Positions 22,259-30,926 of a DNA stretch of 64,000 nt are shown piece by piece (positions within the stretch are counted from its first letter, which is position 1; each line of letters starts with the position of its first letter). The notes under the pieces are model-generated. The model did not search any database. It saw only the letters and a list, made by a program, of their open reading frames with translations, and was not told the origin of the DNA. The translations under genes and the position numbers were made by a program. The stretch comes from an uncultured delta proteobacterium (GTDB lineage: Bacteria; Desulfobacterota; Binatia; Bin18): NCBI GenBank assembly GCA_963733195.1, contig CAVTCR010000081.1, forward strand, positions 128,001-192,000, read 5' to 3'.

Positions 22259-22367
22259 AGTAATCAGTAGTCAGCATTCAGTAGCCAGTAGGGGAGAACA
22301 CGTCATGATTTCTTTTCCCATGCTGGCTATTGATTTTCGTGCTTTCGTTCCTCATTCATCGTTCATC
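22259..22367 (+). repeat. Heptamer arrays between maoC and the VOC gene
   Basis: agtaatc agtagtc agcattc agtagcc agtag; tcgttcc tcattca tcgttca. Confidence 0.85.
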
Positions 22368-22399
22368 CAGAATTAGCGTTAAAAAAGGAAGGGACAACC

Positions 22400-22870
22400 A
22401 TGATCAAAGGTATCTTTCACATCAACATTAACGTGACGAATTTTGAGCGCTCCCTGGCATTCTATCAGCAACTTGGCTTCAAGGTGGTCAAGGATCTGGG
22501 TGAAGGTGGGAACCCACAGTTTGAGAAGGGGCTACGAATGGCCAATCCGCGCGGACGAGCCGCACTCTTGATGTTAGGGGACAACAAGTATGCGACTCGT
22601 ATTGATCTCATCGAATGGAAGAGCCCGAAGGTCGAAGGGAAACCTTACCCGCATCTCCATCACGTCGGGATGGCGCGGCTGGCGTTGTGGACCGACACCC
22701 TGCAACAAGACTACGAAAGACTGAAAGCGACAGGTGTCGAGTTTTTCTCCGAGCCGCAAATCATGAAAGATGGTTCGTCGTTTGTCTGTTTCACTGATCC
22801 AGACGGTACGATACTGGAATTTATCCAGTTCGGAGGGGAACGGCGTAAGGAACAGGCTCTCAGTGAGTGA
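22400..22870 (+). CDS. VOC/glyoxalase family protein
   Basis: HININVTNFERSLAFY, DLIEW, FTDPDGTILE. Confidence 0.85.
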   Translation: MIKGIFHININVTNFERSLAFYQQLGFKVVKDLGEGGNPQFEKGLRMANPRGRAALLMLGDNKYATRIDLIEWKSPKVEGKPYPHLHHVGMARLALWTDTLQQDYERLKATGVEFFSEPQIMKDGSSFVCFTDPDGTILEFIQFGGERRKEQALSE

Positions 22871-24224
22871 ACCCTCTCGCGTGTCGCAGTCCACGACATC
22901 CGCTTCGATCCAACCTGCACAGACAGAGACGGATGAAGCGGATCGTCATTATCGACCATCGTGGTTCAAGTTTGCTTTCTTCATTGGCCGACCACCGGAG
23001 CTGACTCGACGCCAGTGGCATGTCCTTGGCTTGGTGGCCGCAGTCTCGTTCTTTGAACAGTACGATCTCTATCTGTTTACTCTCGCGCTCAAGCAAATTC
23101 AGACAGGATTAGCGATTGAAGAAGCAGAGCTTGGGCTTTTAGGGTCGATTGTTCGGTTTGGTGCTTTGCCGGCGTTCTTTGTTACGTTAGTCGCTGACCG
23201 CATTGGTCGTCGTCGCGTGCTGCTGTTTACCATCCTGGCCTATACGTTGTTCACTGGGCTGACGGCATTTGCCTCTGATGTTCGTCTTTTTGTTGTCTGT
23301 CAGTTTTTGGCTCGTACCTTCGCAGTGGCGGAAGCCTTGCTTGCAGTAGTCGTCATTGCCGAAGAGTTCGGTCCCACTGTCCGCGGATGGGGCATCGGTG
23401 CCTTTGCTGCGATTCAATCCTGTGGAGCAGGATTTGCGGCTTTGCTATTTGCCTTTGTCGGGCATACGGAACATGGTTGGCGTGGACTCTACCTCGTCGG
23501 TCTGGTTCCACTCTTGCTAATTGCACAGTGGCGTCGCACATTACCAGAGACAGAACGATTCGCGGAATACCAGCAGCAACGAACACGCGCAGGTCAGTCA
23601 GAACACGCACTAGCGCCGCTCCTTCGGCTCATACGCATGTACCCTCGTCGTATGGTGATGCTATCCGCTGTTGTGTTCGTGTTAGCGGTTACGGAAGCGG
23701 CAGCAGGATTTTTTGGCCCCAAGTATTTGCAAGAGGTTCATGGGTGGACACCTAGTGGAGTAGGCCTTCTGACCGTCCTTGGTGGGGCGTTTGCGGTGGT
23801 GGGGAATACTTTTGCTGGTTGGCTCAGCGACCGCGTTGGACGCAAATATGTCACTGTTGGTTTCTTATTTGGTGAAGTTATTTTCACTCTTGCGTATTAC
23901 AATGCGCCCGCGTCGTTCATGGTACCCCTATGGATATTGATGATTTTCACTCTTCTTGGCGGCAATGTGACATTGGCCGCGTATGGGGCTGAGTTGTTTC
24001 CGACATCTTATCGTTCGACTGCAGCTGGCGCGCGAGTTGTTGTCACCACGATTGGGGGAAGCATCGGCCTGGCACTTCAATCGGTGCTGTATGGAGTTCT
24101 GGGATCACACTGGGAAGCTATTTCGTTGTTAGCAGCGCTCGCAATATTGGGTCCTATTCTTGTTATGCTGACTTTCCCGGAAACGAGCGGAAGGACGTTG
24201 GAAGAAATTGCGCCGGAGCGATAG
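22863..24224 (+). CDS. MFS transporter
   Basis: About 12 TM segments, ADRIGRR and SDRVGRK motifs, ELFPTSYR, PET. Confidence 0.9.
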   Translation: MSEPSRVSQSTTSASIQPAQTETDEADRHYRPSWFKFAFFIGRPPELTRRQWHVLGLVAAVSFFEQYDLYLFTLALKQIQTGLAIEEAELGLLGSIVRFGALPAFFVTLVADRIGRRRVLLFTILAYTLFTGLTAFASDVRLFVVCQFLARTFAVAEALLAVVVIAEEFGPTVRGWGIGAFAAIQSCGAGFAALLFAFVGHTEHGWRGLYLVGLVPLLLIAQWRRTLPETERFAEYQQQRTRAGQSEHALAPLLRLIRMYPRRMVMLSAVVFVLAVTEAAAGFFGPKYLQEVHGWTPSGVGLLTVLGGAFAVVGNTFAGWLSDRVGRKYVTVGFLFGEVIFTLAYYNAPASFMVPLWILMIFTLLGGNVTLAAYGAELFPTSYRSTAAGARVVVTTIGGSIGLALQSVLYGVLGSHWEAISLLAALAILGPILVMLTFPETSGRTLEEIAPER

Positions 24225-24237
24225 CAGAGTTGCGATC

Positions 24238-24930
24238 TTACCGAATCCCGAGTCGGTGGCAGACTGCCAGAAGTACGTCGGGGCGGTCTGAACCAATCGC
24301 ATCCACACCAAGGTCGATCAAGCGGCGCATGTCAGCTTCTTTATCGGTATTCCATGCACGAACGAGTAAGCCTTGCCTATGGGCATCATTCACAAGCTGT
24401 TGGTCGATGAATTCGTGCCAGATGTGTAGAGCATGAAGCCCAAGTTGCTGGGTTCGTTGGACAACATCGGCGGGAAGGCGACCCCATAACGCCCCGGCGC
24501 GAAGCTGCGGATTTCGCGTGCGGGCTTCTATCAACCAATCATGTTTGAAAGACGTAAGGATAACCTGATCGACCGCATGTGCAGCTTCTACCGCTTGTAC
24601 CACTGGGAGAGCGCTACCGGACCCTTTGAGTTCTATTTGCAGCACGACTTTTCCGTGTGTGACAGCAAGAATTTCTTCGAGTGTCGGAATATGTTCCCCG
24701 AGGCCAGCATCGAGCCGGCGAATCTCTGCGAAGGTTAACTCTGCTACTTTCCCCGTGCCGTTGGTCGTGCGGTCGACGGTTGAATCATGCATTAACACTA
24801 AATGACCATCGCGTGTGAGTTGGACGTCGGTTTCGATTTGATCAACACCGAGCGCAATCGCTCGCTGCATGGCCCGCAGTGTGTTTTCTGGTTCGAGGGA
24901 CCCGGCACCTCGATGCGAGGTAATAATCAC
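24238..24930 (-). CDS. Glycerophosphodiester phosphodiesterase
   Basis: SHRGA..PENT, IETDV, MHD..VDRTT, IELK, SDRP. Confidence 0.9.
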   Translation of the reverse strand: MIITSHRGAGSLEPENTLRAMQRAIALGVDQIETDVQLTRDGHLVLMHDSTVDRTTNGTGKVAELTFAEIRRLDAGLGEHIPTLEEILAVTHGKVVLQIELKGSGSALPVVQAVEAAHAVDQVILTSFKHDWLIEARTRNPQLRAGALWGRLPADVVQRTQQLGLHALHIWHEFIDQQLVNDAHRQGLLVRAWNTDKEADMRRLIDLGVDAIGSDRPDVLLAVCHRLGIR

Positions 24931-24954
24931 AGCGTTTGCTTTTGGGTGTTGTGG

Positions 24955-25398
24955 TCAGACTCGTTGCCACTGCACGAGCGTCACATCTTCATGATCTTCC
25001 CACACCACTTCGACCGCATCACCAATCTTCACATCTTGTTGTGGATCACCGAGGAGGTTGCCGACCATACGCACATTGCCAGCGGCAGGCAGTTCTACCA
25101 AGACGATGAGGTACGGCACGCGATCCTTGAGTGCTTTGTGAACCGGATGCCAGACACGCTCAAATGCGTAGACTTTGCCACGACTTGAACATTCAACCCA
25201 CGCGATTTCTCCCGAGCGACAGTTGTGGCAGATCCACTCAGGGCCAAACTGGAAAGCACTACAAGCGTTGCAGCGTTGCACCAACAGCTTGTGCTGTTTC
25301 GTTCCCTCCCAAAATGATGCATCGAGTCCATCGGGCATCGGGCCGGGTAGGGGCATTCCTTCAGGGAAGTAGGAAGTTGTTGTGGAGTCGTGCGACAT
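24955..25398 (-). CDS. DUF35 Zn-ribbon/OB-fold acyl-CoA-binding protein
   Basis: FWEG, QRCNAC, CHNC, VPY, IGDAV; follows the thiolase-like gene. Confidence 0.88.
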   Translation of the reverse strand: MSHDSTTTSYFPEGMPLPGPMPDGLDASFWEGTKQHKLLVQRCNACSAFQFGPEWICHNCRSGEIAWVECSSRGKVYAFERVWHPVHKALKDRVPYLIVLVELPAAGNVRMVGNLLGDPQQDVKIGDAVEVVWEDHEDVTLVQWQRV

Positions 25399-25408
25399 TG
25401 GGGTTTCC

Positions 25409-25462
25409 TTTCACGTTTCACGACATTACGCGTCACGTGAACGTAAAACGTGTTGCGTGAGA
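25409..25462. repeat. Heptamer arrays between the DUF35 and thiolase-like genes
   Basis: tttcacg tttcacg..attacg cgtcacg tgaacg taaaacg tgttgcg tgagac. Confidence 0.7.
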
Positions 25463-25481
25463 CTGATACCGTAGCTCTCGT

Positions 25482-26651
25482 TTAATTCCGCATCAACAAA
25501 TTACTCACCGGCGCGACCATCGGCCCGGCGGCAACGAGGCACGTGCGCGCATTTTTCACCTGACACGTCGACGTGCCACGCATTTGTCGCACTCCTTCGA
25601 GAACCAGTTCGAGACCATGCATGTACGCTTCGGCGAGGTTGCCACCGCTCGTGTTTAACGGCAGCTTGCCATTGGGCCACTCCAAATTGCCGTTGGTACA
25701 AAATGCTTCAGCTTCTTCAGGTGCGCACAGGCCGTGTTCGACTAAGCTCATCAACACGCCACCTGTGAAGTTTTCGTATACTTGGGCGACATCAACATCT
25801 TTGGGTGTAATTCCTGCCATGCCAAAAAGCCGGGGAGCGAGCGTCTTAAAATTTGAGGTCGCATAGTCTGGGTCATTATGAGCAGCAGTCCATTGACGAT
25901 AGCCTGAGCCTTGGGCAGCGGCCATAAGATAAACGGGCTTTTGTTGCAAGTCTCGCGCTCGTTCCGCAGTGGTGAGGACGACAGCCGCAGCTCCATCGTT
26001 CTCTAAGCAGCAATCAAACAGATGGAACGGTTCAACGATCCAGCGCGAATTGTAATACGACTCGCGAGTAAGTGGGCGACCGTACATAATCGCACGAGGA
26101 TTTTGCTGCGCGTGTTTGTATGAAGCCAAAGCGATACCGCACAGCGCTTCTTGGCTAATCTTATGCTCGTACATGAACCGCTGTGTACGCATGGCGAACA
26201 TTTGCGCCGGGGACATCAGTCCGTAGGGCATTGAGTACGCCATTGGACCGCGTACACGTGCGCTGGCGTGACCTTGACCGAAGCGGCCAAATTGCCCTTG
26301 GGCTAAGGCGCGAAAAGCCACGACATGCTTTGCATAACCTGCGACGACTGCTGCTGCAGCATTACCTACAGCCCCAGCGACACCGCCGCCACCACCTCCC
26401 CAATGCATGTTGGAGAACTGAATCTGTGGGATTCCTAATGCTGCGGCAAGACGTACTGGGTCGTTACGATCATCACTGTACGAGGCAAAACCATCGATAT
26501 CTTCAACTCGCAATCCCGCGTCAGCCACTGCCTTCTGAACCGCTTCCAGTGCAAGCTGAAACTCGCTCACTGGCGATTGTCCGGCTTTGTAGTATCGCGT
26601 CTCGCCGATGCCGACGATGGCAACTTTGTCTTTGATAGTGTAGTCGGTCAC
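25482..26651 (-). CDS. Thiolase-fold lipid-transfer protein / Ltp2-like aldolase
   Basis: AIVGIG, DCCLENDGA, VYENFT, NTSGGNLAEAYMHG; GTG start after ggagggg. Confidence 0.85.
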   Translation of the reverse strand: MTDYTIKDKVAIVGIGETRYYKAGQSPVSEFQLALEAVQKAVADAGLRVEDIDGFASYSDDRNDPVRLAAALGIPQIQFSNMHWGGGGGGVAGAVGNAAAAVVAGYAKHVVAFRALAQGQFGRFGQGHASARVRGPMAYSMPYGLMSPAQMFAMRTQRFMYEHKISQEALCGIALASYKHAQQNPRAIMYGRPLTRESYYNSRWIVEPFHLFDCCLENDGAAAVVLTTAERARDLQQKPVYLMAAAQGSGYRQWTAAHNDPDYATSNFKTLAPRLFGMAGITPKDVDVAQVYENFTGGVLMSLVEHGLCAPEEAEAFCTNGNLEWPNGKLPLNTSGGNLAEAYMHGLELVLEGVRQMRGTSTCQVKNARTCLVAAGPMVAPVSNLLMRN

Positions 26652-26692
26652 AGCCCCTCCTTGATGGGTCAATCGATGGTAACACGGCGTGA

Positions 26693-27010
26693 TTATGCCG
26701 CTTTTTGCTTCCGAGCAGCAGCGAAATCGATAATAACTTTTGCTGGCGGTAAATCCGGAATGGCAGTATGTTTGCCATGAAAAGGAAAGAGTATCTGATC
26801 AAGTTCCTGAGCCACTTCTCTAGAAAAGAAGGCTCGTCCGCATACCGGGCAGAGATCGGTCGGGATTTCTTCTACGATGACCTCAACCGCACTTCCTGTG
26901 CGGCGGAAAACCCGAGTAATCGTGTCGGATTGTAGTTGACCTGGGCAGTCGCTCAGGCAACGTCTTACTTGCGTTTTTTTCGTCGGCGTCTTTTCCAATC
27001 TGGTTGCCAT
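26693..27010 (-). CDS. YgiT/MqsA-type zinc-finger protein (putative antitoxin)
   Basis: C...CPG and IP..LCPVCG..FF; downstream of a DUF4258 gene. Confidence 0.65.
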   Translation of the reverse strand: MATRLEKTPTKKTQVRRCLSDCPGQLQSDTITRVFRRTGSAVEVIVEEIPTDLCPVCGRAFFSREVAQELDQILFPFHGKHTAIPDLPPAKVIIDFAAARKQKAA

Positions 27011-27285
27011 AATTTTGCATCAGGAACATAGGCAGTAACAACACTCGCTTCATCTGTTCCCGGGACGTACTCTAACACGATGTGGCATGGTATCCCATCG
27101 TCCCGGGTGAAATGTAAGAGAAGCCCACGCATCCCATAGTCTTCAATCAGTTCTCCATGGAAGACAGCTTCTTCAAGATCGTTGCTGGTTAAGCCGTCCT
27201 TTCTTCCTTCAATCAGGGCATGATCGACAAAGCGTAGGACAATTCTTCCTTGTGCAAGCAATCTGCGCACGCTGATGAGGTTCAT
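26965..27285 (-). CDS. DUF4258 putative toxin
   Basis: HA, GELIEDY, PCHIV, VVTAYVPD...W..DWKRR. Confidence 0.75.
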   Translation of the reverse strand: MNLISVRRLLAQGRIVLRFVDHALIEGRKDGLTSNDLEEAVFHGELIEDYGMRGLLLHFTRDDGIPCHIVLEYVPGTDEASVVTAYVPDAKLWQPDWKRRRRKKRK

Positions 27286-27310
27286 GCGTTCCGAATAGCC
27301 AGAAGGAACA

Positions 27311-27374
27311 GAGGCTGTAGACTAAAGGCGATTTTCTTTTCTCCCTCAAGCCTGCAGCCTCAAGCCTTTAGCCT
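27311..27374. repeat. Heptamer hairpin (AGGCTNN / NNAGCCT)
   Basis: aggctgt agactaa aggcg ... cctcaag cctgcag cctcaag cctttag cct. Confidence 0.75.
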
Positions 27375-27744
27375 ATTTCTGTTTCGCATCAACTTCATCA
27401 AACACTTCTTTGGCGATACGCAGACCGTTCACACCGGTGGGCCAACCGCCATAGTGAGCGAGGTGGATCATCATTTCGTTGATTTTCTCTCGGCTAATTC
27501 CGGCATTGAGTCCGCCACGGATATGAACTTTCATCTCACGCTCACGAGCAAGCACGGTGAGTGCTGCGATAGTAATCATCGAGCGTTCCCTCAATTCGAG
27601 ACCTGGCCGGTTCCAGATATCGCCGAACAGATTTTCGACGGTCACCTTAAGAAAATCTTCCTGCATCATCCCAGGTTGCGGCTCGCGGCCAAACAATTCT
27701 TTCATCTTGGCCACACCTTTTTGCCAGCGTTCTGATTCTGCCAT
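27373..27744 (-). CDS. Carboxymuconolactone decarboxylase family protein
   Basis: FGDIWNRPGL..RERSMIT, H..GGL..G, HLAHYGGWP. Confidence 0.88.
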   Translation of the reverse strand: MAESERWQKGVAKMKELFGREPQPGMMQEDFLKVTVENLFGDIWNRPGLELRERSMITIAALTVLAREREMKVHIRGGLNAGISREKINEMMIHLAHYGGWPTGVNGLRIAKEVFDEVDAKQK

Positions 27745-27832
27745 ATCCTTTTCCTCCTTTGTTTTTTGCGTCTTTCACCCTTGCTAGCTAGGAACCGGTT
27801 GTTTACTATCAGACCTGCTATTCGTCAGTCAA

Positions 27833-27997
27833 AGTCCTGAGAGCAATGAGACATAAGGACTGAGAACTGAGTAACGAGTGATGAGTAATGAATAACGTGA
27901 TACGTAGTGCGTAATGCGTGACCCCTCATTCCGCTTTTTACGTTTTACGCTCTGTGTCTTTATCGTTTTCGTCACGTTTCACGTAATACGTCATACG
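27833..27997 (+). repeat. Composite heptamer arrays upstream of the rhodanese gene
   Basis: gactgag aactgag taacgag tgatgag taatgaa; cgtgata cgtagtg cgtaatg cgtga; ttttacg ttttacg; cgtcacg tttcacg taatacg tcatacg. Confidence 0.8.
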
Positions 27998-28006
27998 AAA
28001 GACTCT

Positions 28007-28327
28007 ATGATTTCTGAAATTTCTGCCCAAGCACTCAAGAAGAGGATCACCGCTGGTGAAAAGCCAGTTTTGCTCGATGTTCGCGAGCCAGAGGAAGTGG
28101 CGATCGTTCGCCTTCCTGGCGCGGTGCATATCCCAATGGGTGAAGTGCCCGGACGTCTGCACGAACTCGATCCTGACAAGGAGATTATCGTGTATTGCCA
28201 TCATGGAGTGCGAAGCTTACGCGTCGCGCAGTTCCTGGCGCAGCGTGACTTTGACCGAGTAAGCAATTTAACTGGTGGTATCGACGCCTGGGCAATAGAA
28301 GTCGAGCCGGGAATGGCACGATACTGA
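28007..28327 (+). CDS. Rhodanese-domain sulfurtransferase
   Basis: LLDVREPEE, YCHHGVRS, LTGGIDAW. Confidence 0.9.
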   Translation: MISEISAQALKKRITAGEKPVLLDVREPEEVAIVRLPGAVHIPMGEVPGRLHELDPDKEIIVYCHHGVRSLRVAQFLAQRDFDRVSNLTGGIDAWAIEVEPGMARY

Positions 28328-28331
28328 GATA

Positions 28332-28427
28332 AGAATTCAGAATGTAGAATTCAGAATGCAGAATGAAAAAAGAAAGATTCTCCAATGCCTAATACCCAAC
28401 CCCCAACCCCTAACCCCCAGCACCCAG
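28332..28427 (+). repeat. Heptamer arrays at the rhodanese/CoA-transferase junction
   Basis: agaattc agaatgt agaattc agaatgc agaatga; acccaac ccccaac ccctaac ccccagc (translated). Confidence 0.8.
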
Positions 28428-29617
28428 GCCCCCTGCAAGGTATTCGCGTCATCGAGTGTGGCAACATGGTGTCTGCCCCCTATGCGGCGAAGTTGATGGC
28501 CGATTTGGGTGCGGAAGTGATTAAAGTCGAGTCCCTGGCTGGAGATGCCTCGCGTCGTCGGGGGCCGTATCCTGGCAACGTGCCGCATCCGGAAAAGAGT
28601 GGGACCTTCTTATACCTCAATACCAATAAACTCGGAGTGACACTCAATCTTGAAGCGGCGAAGGGGCAAGAGATTCTTCACCGCCTGGTGAAAGATGCTG
28701 ACCTGGTAATTCATAACTACCACCCGACGCATATGGCAGAGGTCGGTATGGATTATGACATCTTACGTCAAGTGAACCCGCGAGTGGTCATGACCTCGAT
28801 TTCGCCGTTCGGGCAGACTGGTCCAAACCACAACCTCCATGCCCAAGAACTCACCATGTGGAGTGCAGGTGGCATTGTTTACCTCGGTGGCGTTTCTGGT
28901 CGTCCTGATATGCCGCCCCTGAAGACTTTTGGACACCAGGCTGGATTTCAGGGCGGTGTTAATGCTGCCAACGGTTCTTTAGCTGCGCTGTTTGGCCGCT
29001 TCCGCAGCGGCAAGGGGCAACATGTCGATATTTCGGTGCAGGAATGCCTCGTGGCGATTATGGAGAATAACTACATCTCCTGGCCGTACGATCATAGTGT
29101 CGCCTCACGCCTTGGTTTTCGCCTGATCCCACAGGATATGTTTCAGTGCCGGGACGGTTTCATTTATTTCTTGGCGATTGAAGATCATCAATGGAAAGGT
29201 GCCGTTGAATTGATGGGCAACCCAGACTGGGCAGCGATGGACATTTTTCAAGATTTTCCCTCGCGTTCAGCCAACTGGGATGTACTGAAAACGTTGCTCG
29301 AAGAATGGATGGCCGACAAATCGGTACAGGAAGTTTACCATGCTGCGCAAGCGCGCCGGGTGCCGTTTGCGCCGGTGTCGACCATGGGTGACCTGATTGC
29401 CTCAAAGCATCTGAATGCCCGTGGTTTCTTCGCTGAAATTGCTCATCCGCAAACTGGCAACCTGAAATACCCCGGTGCACCGTATCGTTTCTCGGCGACG
29501 CCATGGGCGTTGCGACAGCCTGCACCGTGCCTCGGACAGCACAACAGTGAGGTGTATGGTCGTATTGGCTTATCACAAACTGAGATCGATGAATTAAAGA
29601 AGCAAGGAGTGATCTAA
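28385..29617 (+). CDS. Family III (CaiB/BaiF) CoA-transferase, subunit lacking the canonical Asp
   Basis: PLQGIRVIE, ADLGAEVIKVE, NKLGVTLNL, GKGQHVDIS, APCLGQHN. Confidence 0.9.
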   Translation: MPNTQPPTPNPQHPGPLQGIRVIECGNMVSAPYAAKLMADLGAEVIKVESLAGDASRRRGPYPGNVPHPEKSGTFLYLNTNKLGVTLNLEAAKGQEILHRLVKDADLVIHNYHPTHMAEVGMDYDILRQVNPRVVMTSISPFGQTGPNHNLHAQELTMWSAGGIVYLGGVSGRPDMPPLKTFGHQAGFQGGVNAANGSLAALFGRFRSGKGQHVDISVQECLVAIMENNYISWPYDHSVASRLGFRLIPQDMFQCRDGFIYFLAIEDHQWKGAVELMGNPDWAAMDIFQDFPSRSANWDVLKTLLEEWMADKSVQEVYHAAQARRVPFAPVSTMGDLIASKHLNARGFFAEIAHPQTGNLKYPGAPYRFSATPWALRQPAPCLGQHNSEVYGRIGLSQTEIDELKKQGVI

Positions 29618-29619
29618 GA

Positions 29620-29682
29620 GGTGAAACGTTAAAGCGTGAAACGTGAACGTACCACGTAACACGCATCACGGATTTCGCATTA
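29620..29682 (+). repeat. Heptamer hairpin between the CoA-transferase genes
   Basis: tgaaacg..taaagcg tgaaacg tgaacg; accacg taacacg catcacg gatttcg. Confidence 0.7.
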
Positions 29683-29699
29683 TATGATGGTTAAAATTC

Positions 29700-30917
29700 A
29701 TGCCAGACGATTTGCCGTTATCAGGAGTTCGCATCGCAGATTTTACCTGGGTGTGGGCTGGACCGTTTGCCACCCTGCAGCTTGCGCACCTGGGAGCAGA
29801 AGTCATTCGCATTGAAACGCAGAACCGCGTGTGTGTCACACGCCGGATTCCGCCGTTTGCCGAAGGGCAAGCGGGGGTGAACCGTAGCGGCTACTACAAT
29901 CAATACAACCAGGGCAAAGAATCGATCTTCCTTAACCTCAAAGACCCGCAAGCCCTGGAGATTGCCAAGAAGCTCGTCGCTGCAAGTGATGTCGTTAGCG
30001 AAAACTTTGCCGCTGGAGTGATGGACAAAATGGGCCTCAGCTACGAGGTCATGCGCAAGATCAAGTCGGACATCATCATGATCTCCATGTCTGGCTATGG
30101 CGCAGTCGGACCAGAAAGTCCGTATGTATCGTATGGACCAGCACAAGCACCGCTGAGTGGATTGTCTTCGCTAACGGGCTTTCCCGACTTTCCACCCATG
30201 CATGTCGGCTTTTCGTATGGCGATCCGAACGGTGGCTTGCATGGCGCGTTCGCGGTTCTCGCTGCACTCATGCATCGCGCTCGTACCGGTGAGGGGCAAT
30301 ACATCGATCTGTCGCAATGGGAATCCTCAATCGCCGTGATTGGCGAAGGGATGATGGCGCAGACGATGAACGGTGCTCCTCTTCCACGCATTGGCAATCG
30401 CGATCCGTACATGTCTCCACACGGTTTGTTTCGCTGTCAAGGCGAAGACCGTTGGGTGAGTATTGTCGTTACCAACGAAGAAGAATGGCAGCGATTCTGC
30501 CAGGGTAGTGGACAGCCTGGACTCGCGACGGACGCTCGTTTTGGCTCACTTGCTGAGCGCAAAACGAATGAAGATGTATTGGAGAATCTGATTACTGCTT
30601 GGACAGAAACGCTGACCGCTGAAGAGGTGACAGCGAAGTTACAAGCAGTCGGTGTAGCTGCGTTTCCTGCTGTCACCAACAAGGAATTAGCCGAAGACCC
30701 GCATTTGCAGGATCGCGGATTCTTCGTCGAATTGCCCCATCCTGAGGTGGGAGTACGTCGGCATGCTGGGGTGCCGTGGATGTTCTCTGATACGCCGTGC
30801 CAAGTGCGACGACCTGCTCCGTGTGGCGGGCAAGATACGGACGACGTTCTGCAGCGCGTTCTCGGATATTCCGCAGACGAGGTTGCTGCGTTCCGAACGA
30901 AGGGTGTTTTGACCTAG
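29700..30917 (+). CDS. Family III CoA-transferase, catalytic subunit
   Basis: PLSGVRIADFTWVWAGP, GAEVIRIE, YGDPNGG, GEGQYIDLSQ. Confidence 0.9.
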   Translation: MPDDLPLSGVRIADFTWVWAGPFATLQLAHLGAEVIRIETQNRVCVTRRIPPFAEGQAGVNRSGYYNQYNQGKESIFLNLKDPQALEIAKKLVAASDVVSENFAAGVMDKMGLSYEVMRKIKSDIIMISMSGYGAVGPESPYVSYGPAQAPLSGLSSLTGFPDFPPMHVGFSYGDPNGGLHGAFAVLAALMHRARTGEGQYIDLSQWESSIAVIGEGMMAQTMNGAPLPRIGNRDPYMSPHGLFRCQGEDRWVSIVVTNEEEWQRFCQGSGQPGLATDARFGSLAERKTNEDVLENLITAWTETLTAEEVTAKLQAVGVAAFPAVTNKELAEDPHLQDRGFFVELPHPEVGVRRHAGVPWMFSDTPCQVRRPAPCGGQDTDDVLQRVLGYSADEVAAFRTKGVLT

Positions 30918-30926
30918 GAAAAGATC

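Noticed and set aside
27914-28006. 31-aa N-terminal extension of the rhodanese
   Set aside because: It is just the array region read in frame; the domain starts at ATG 28007
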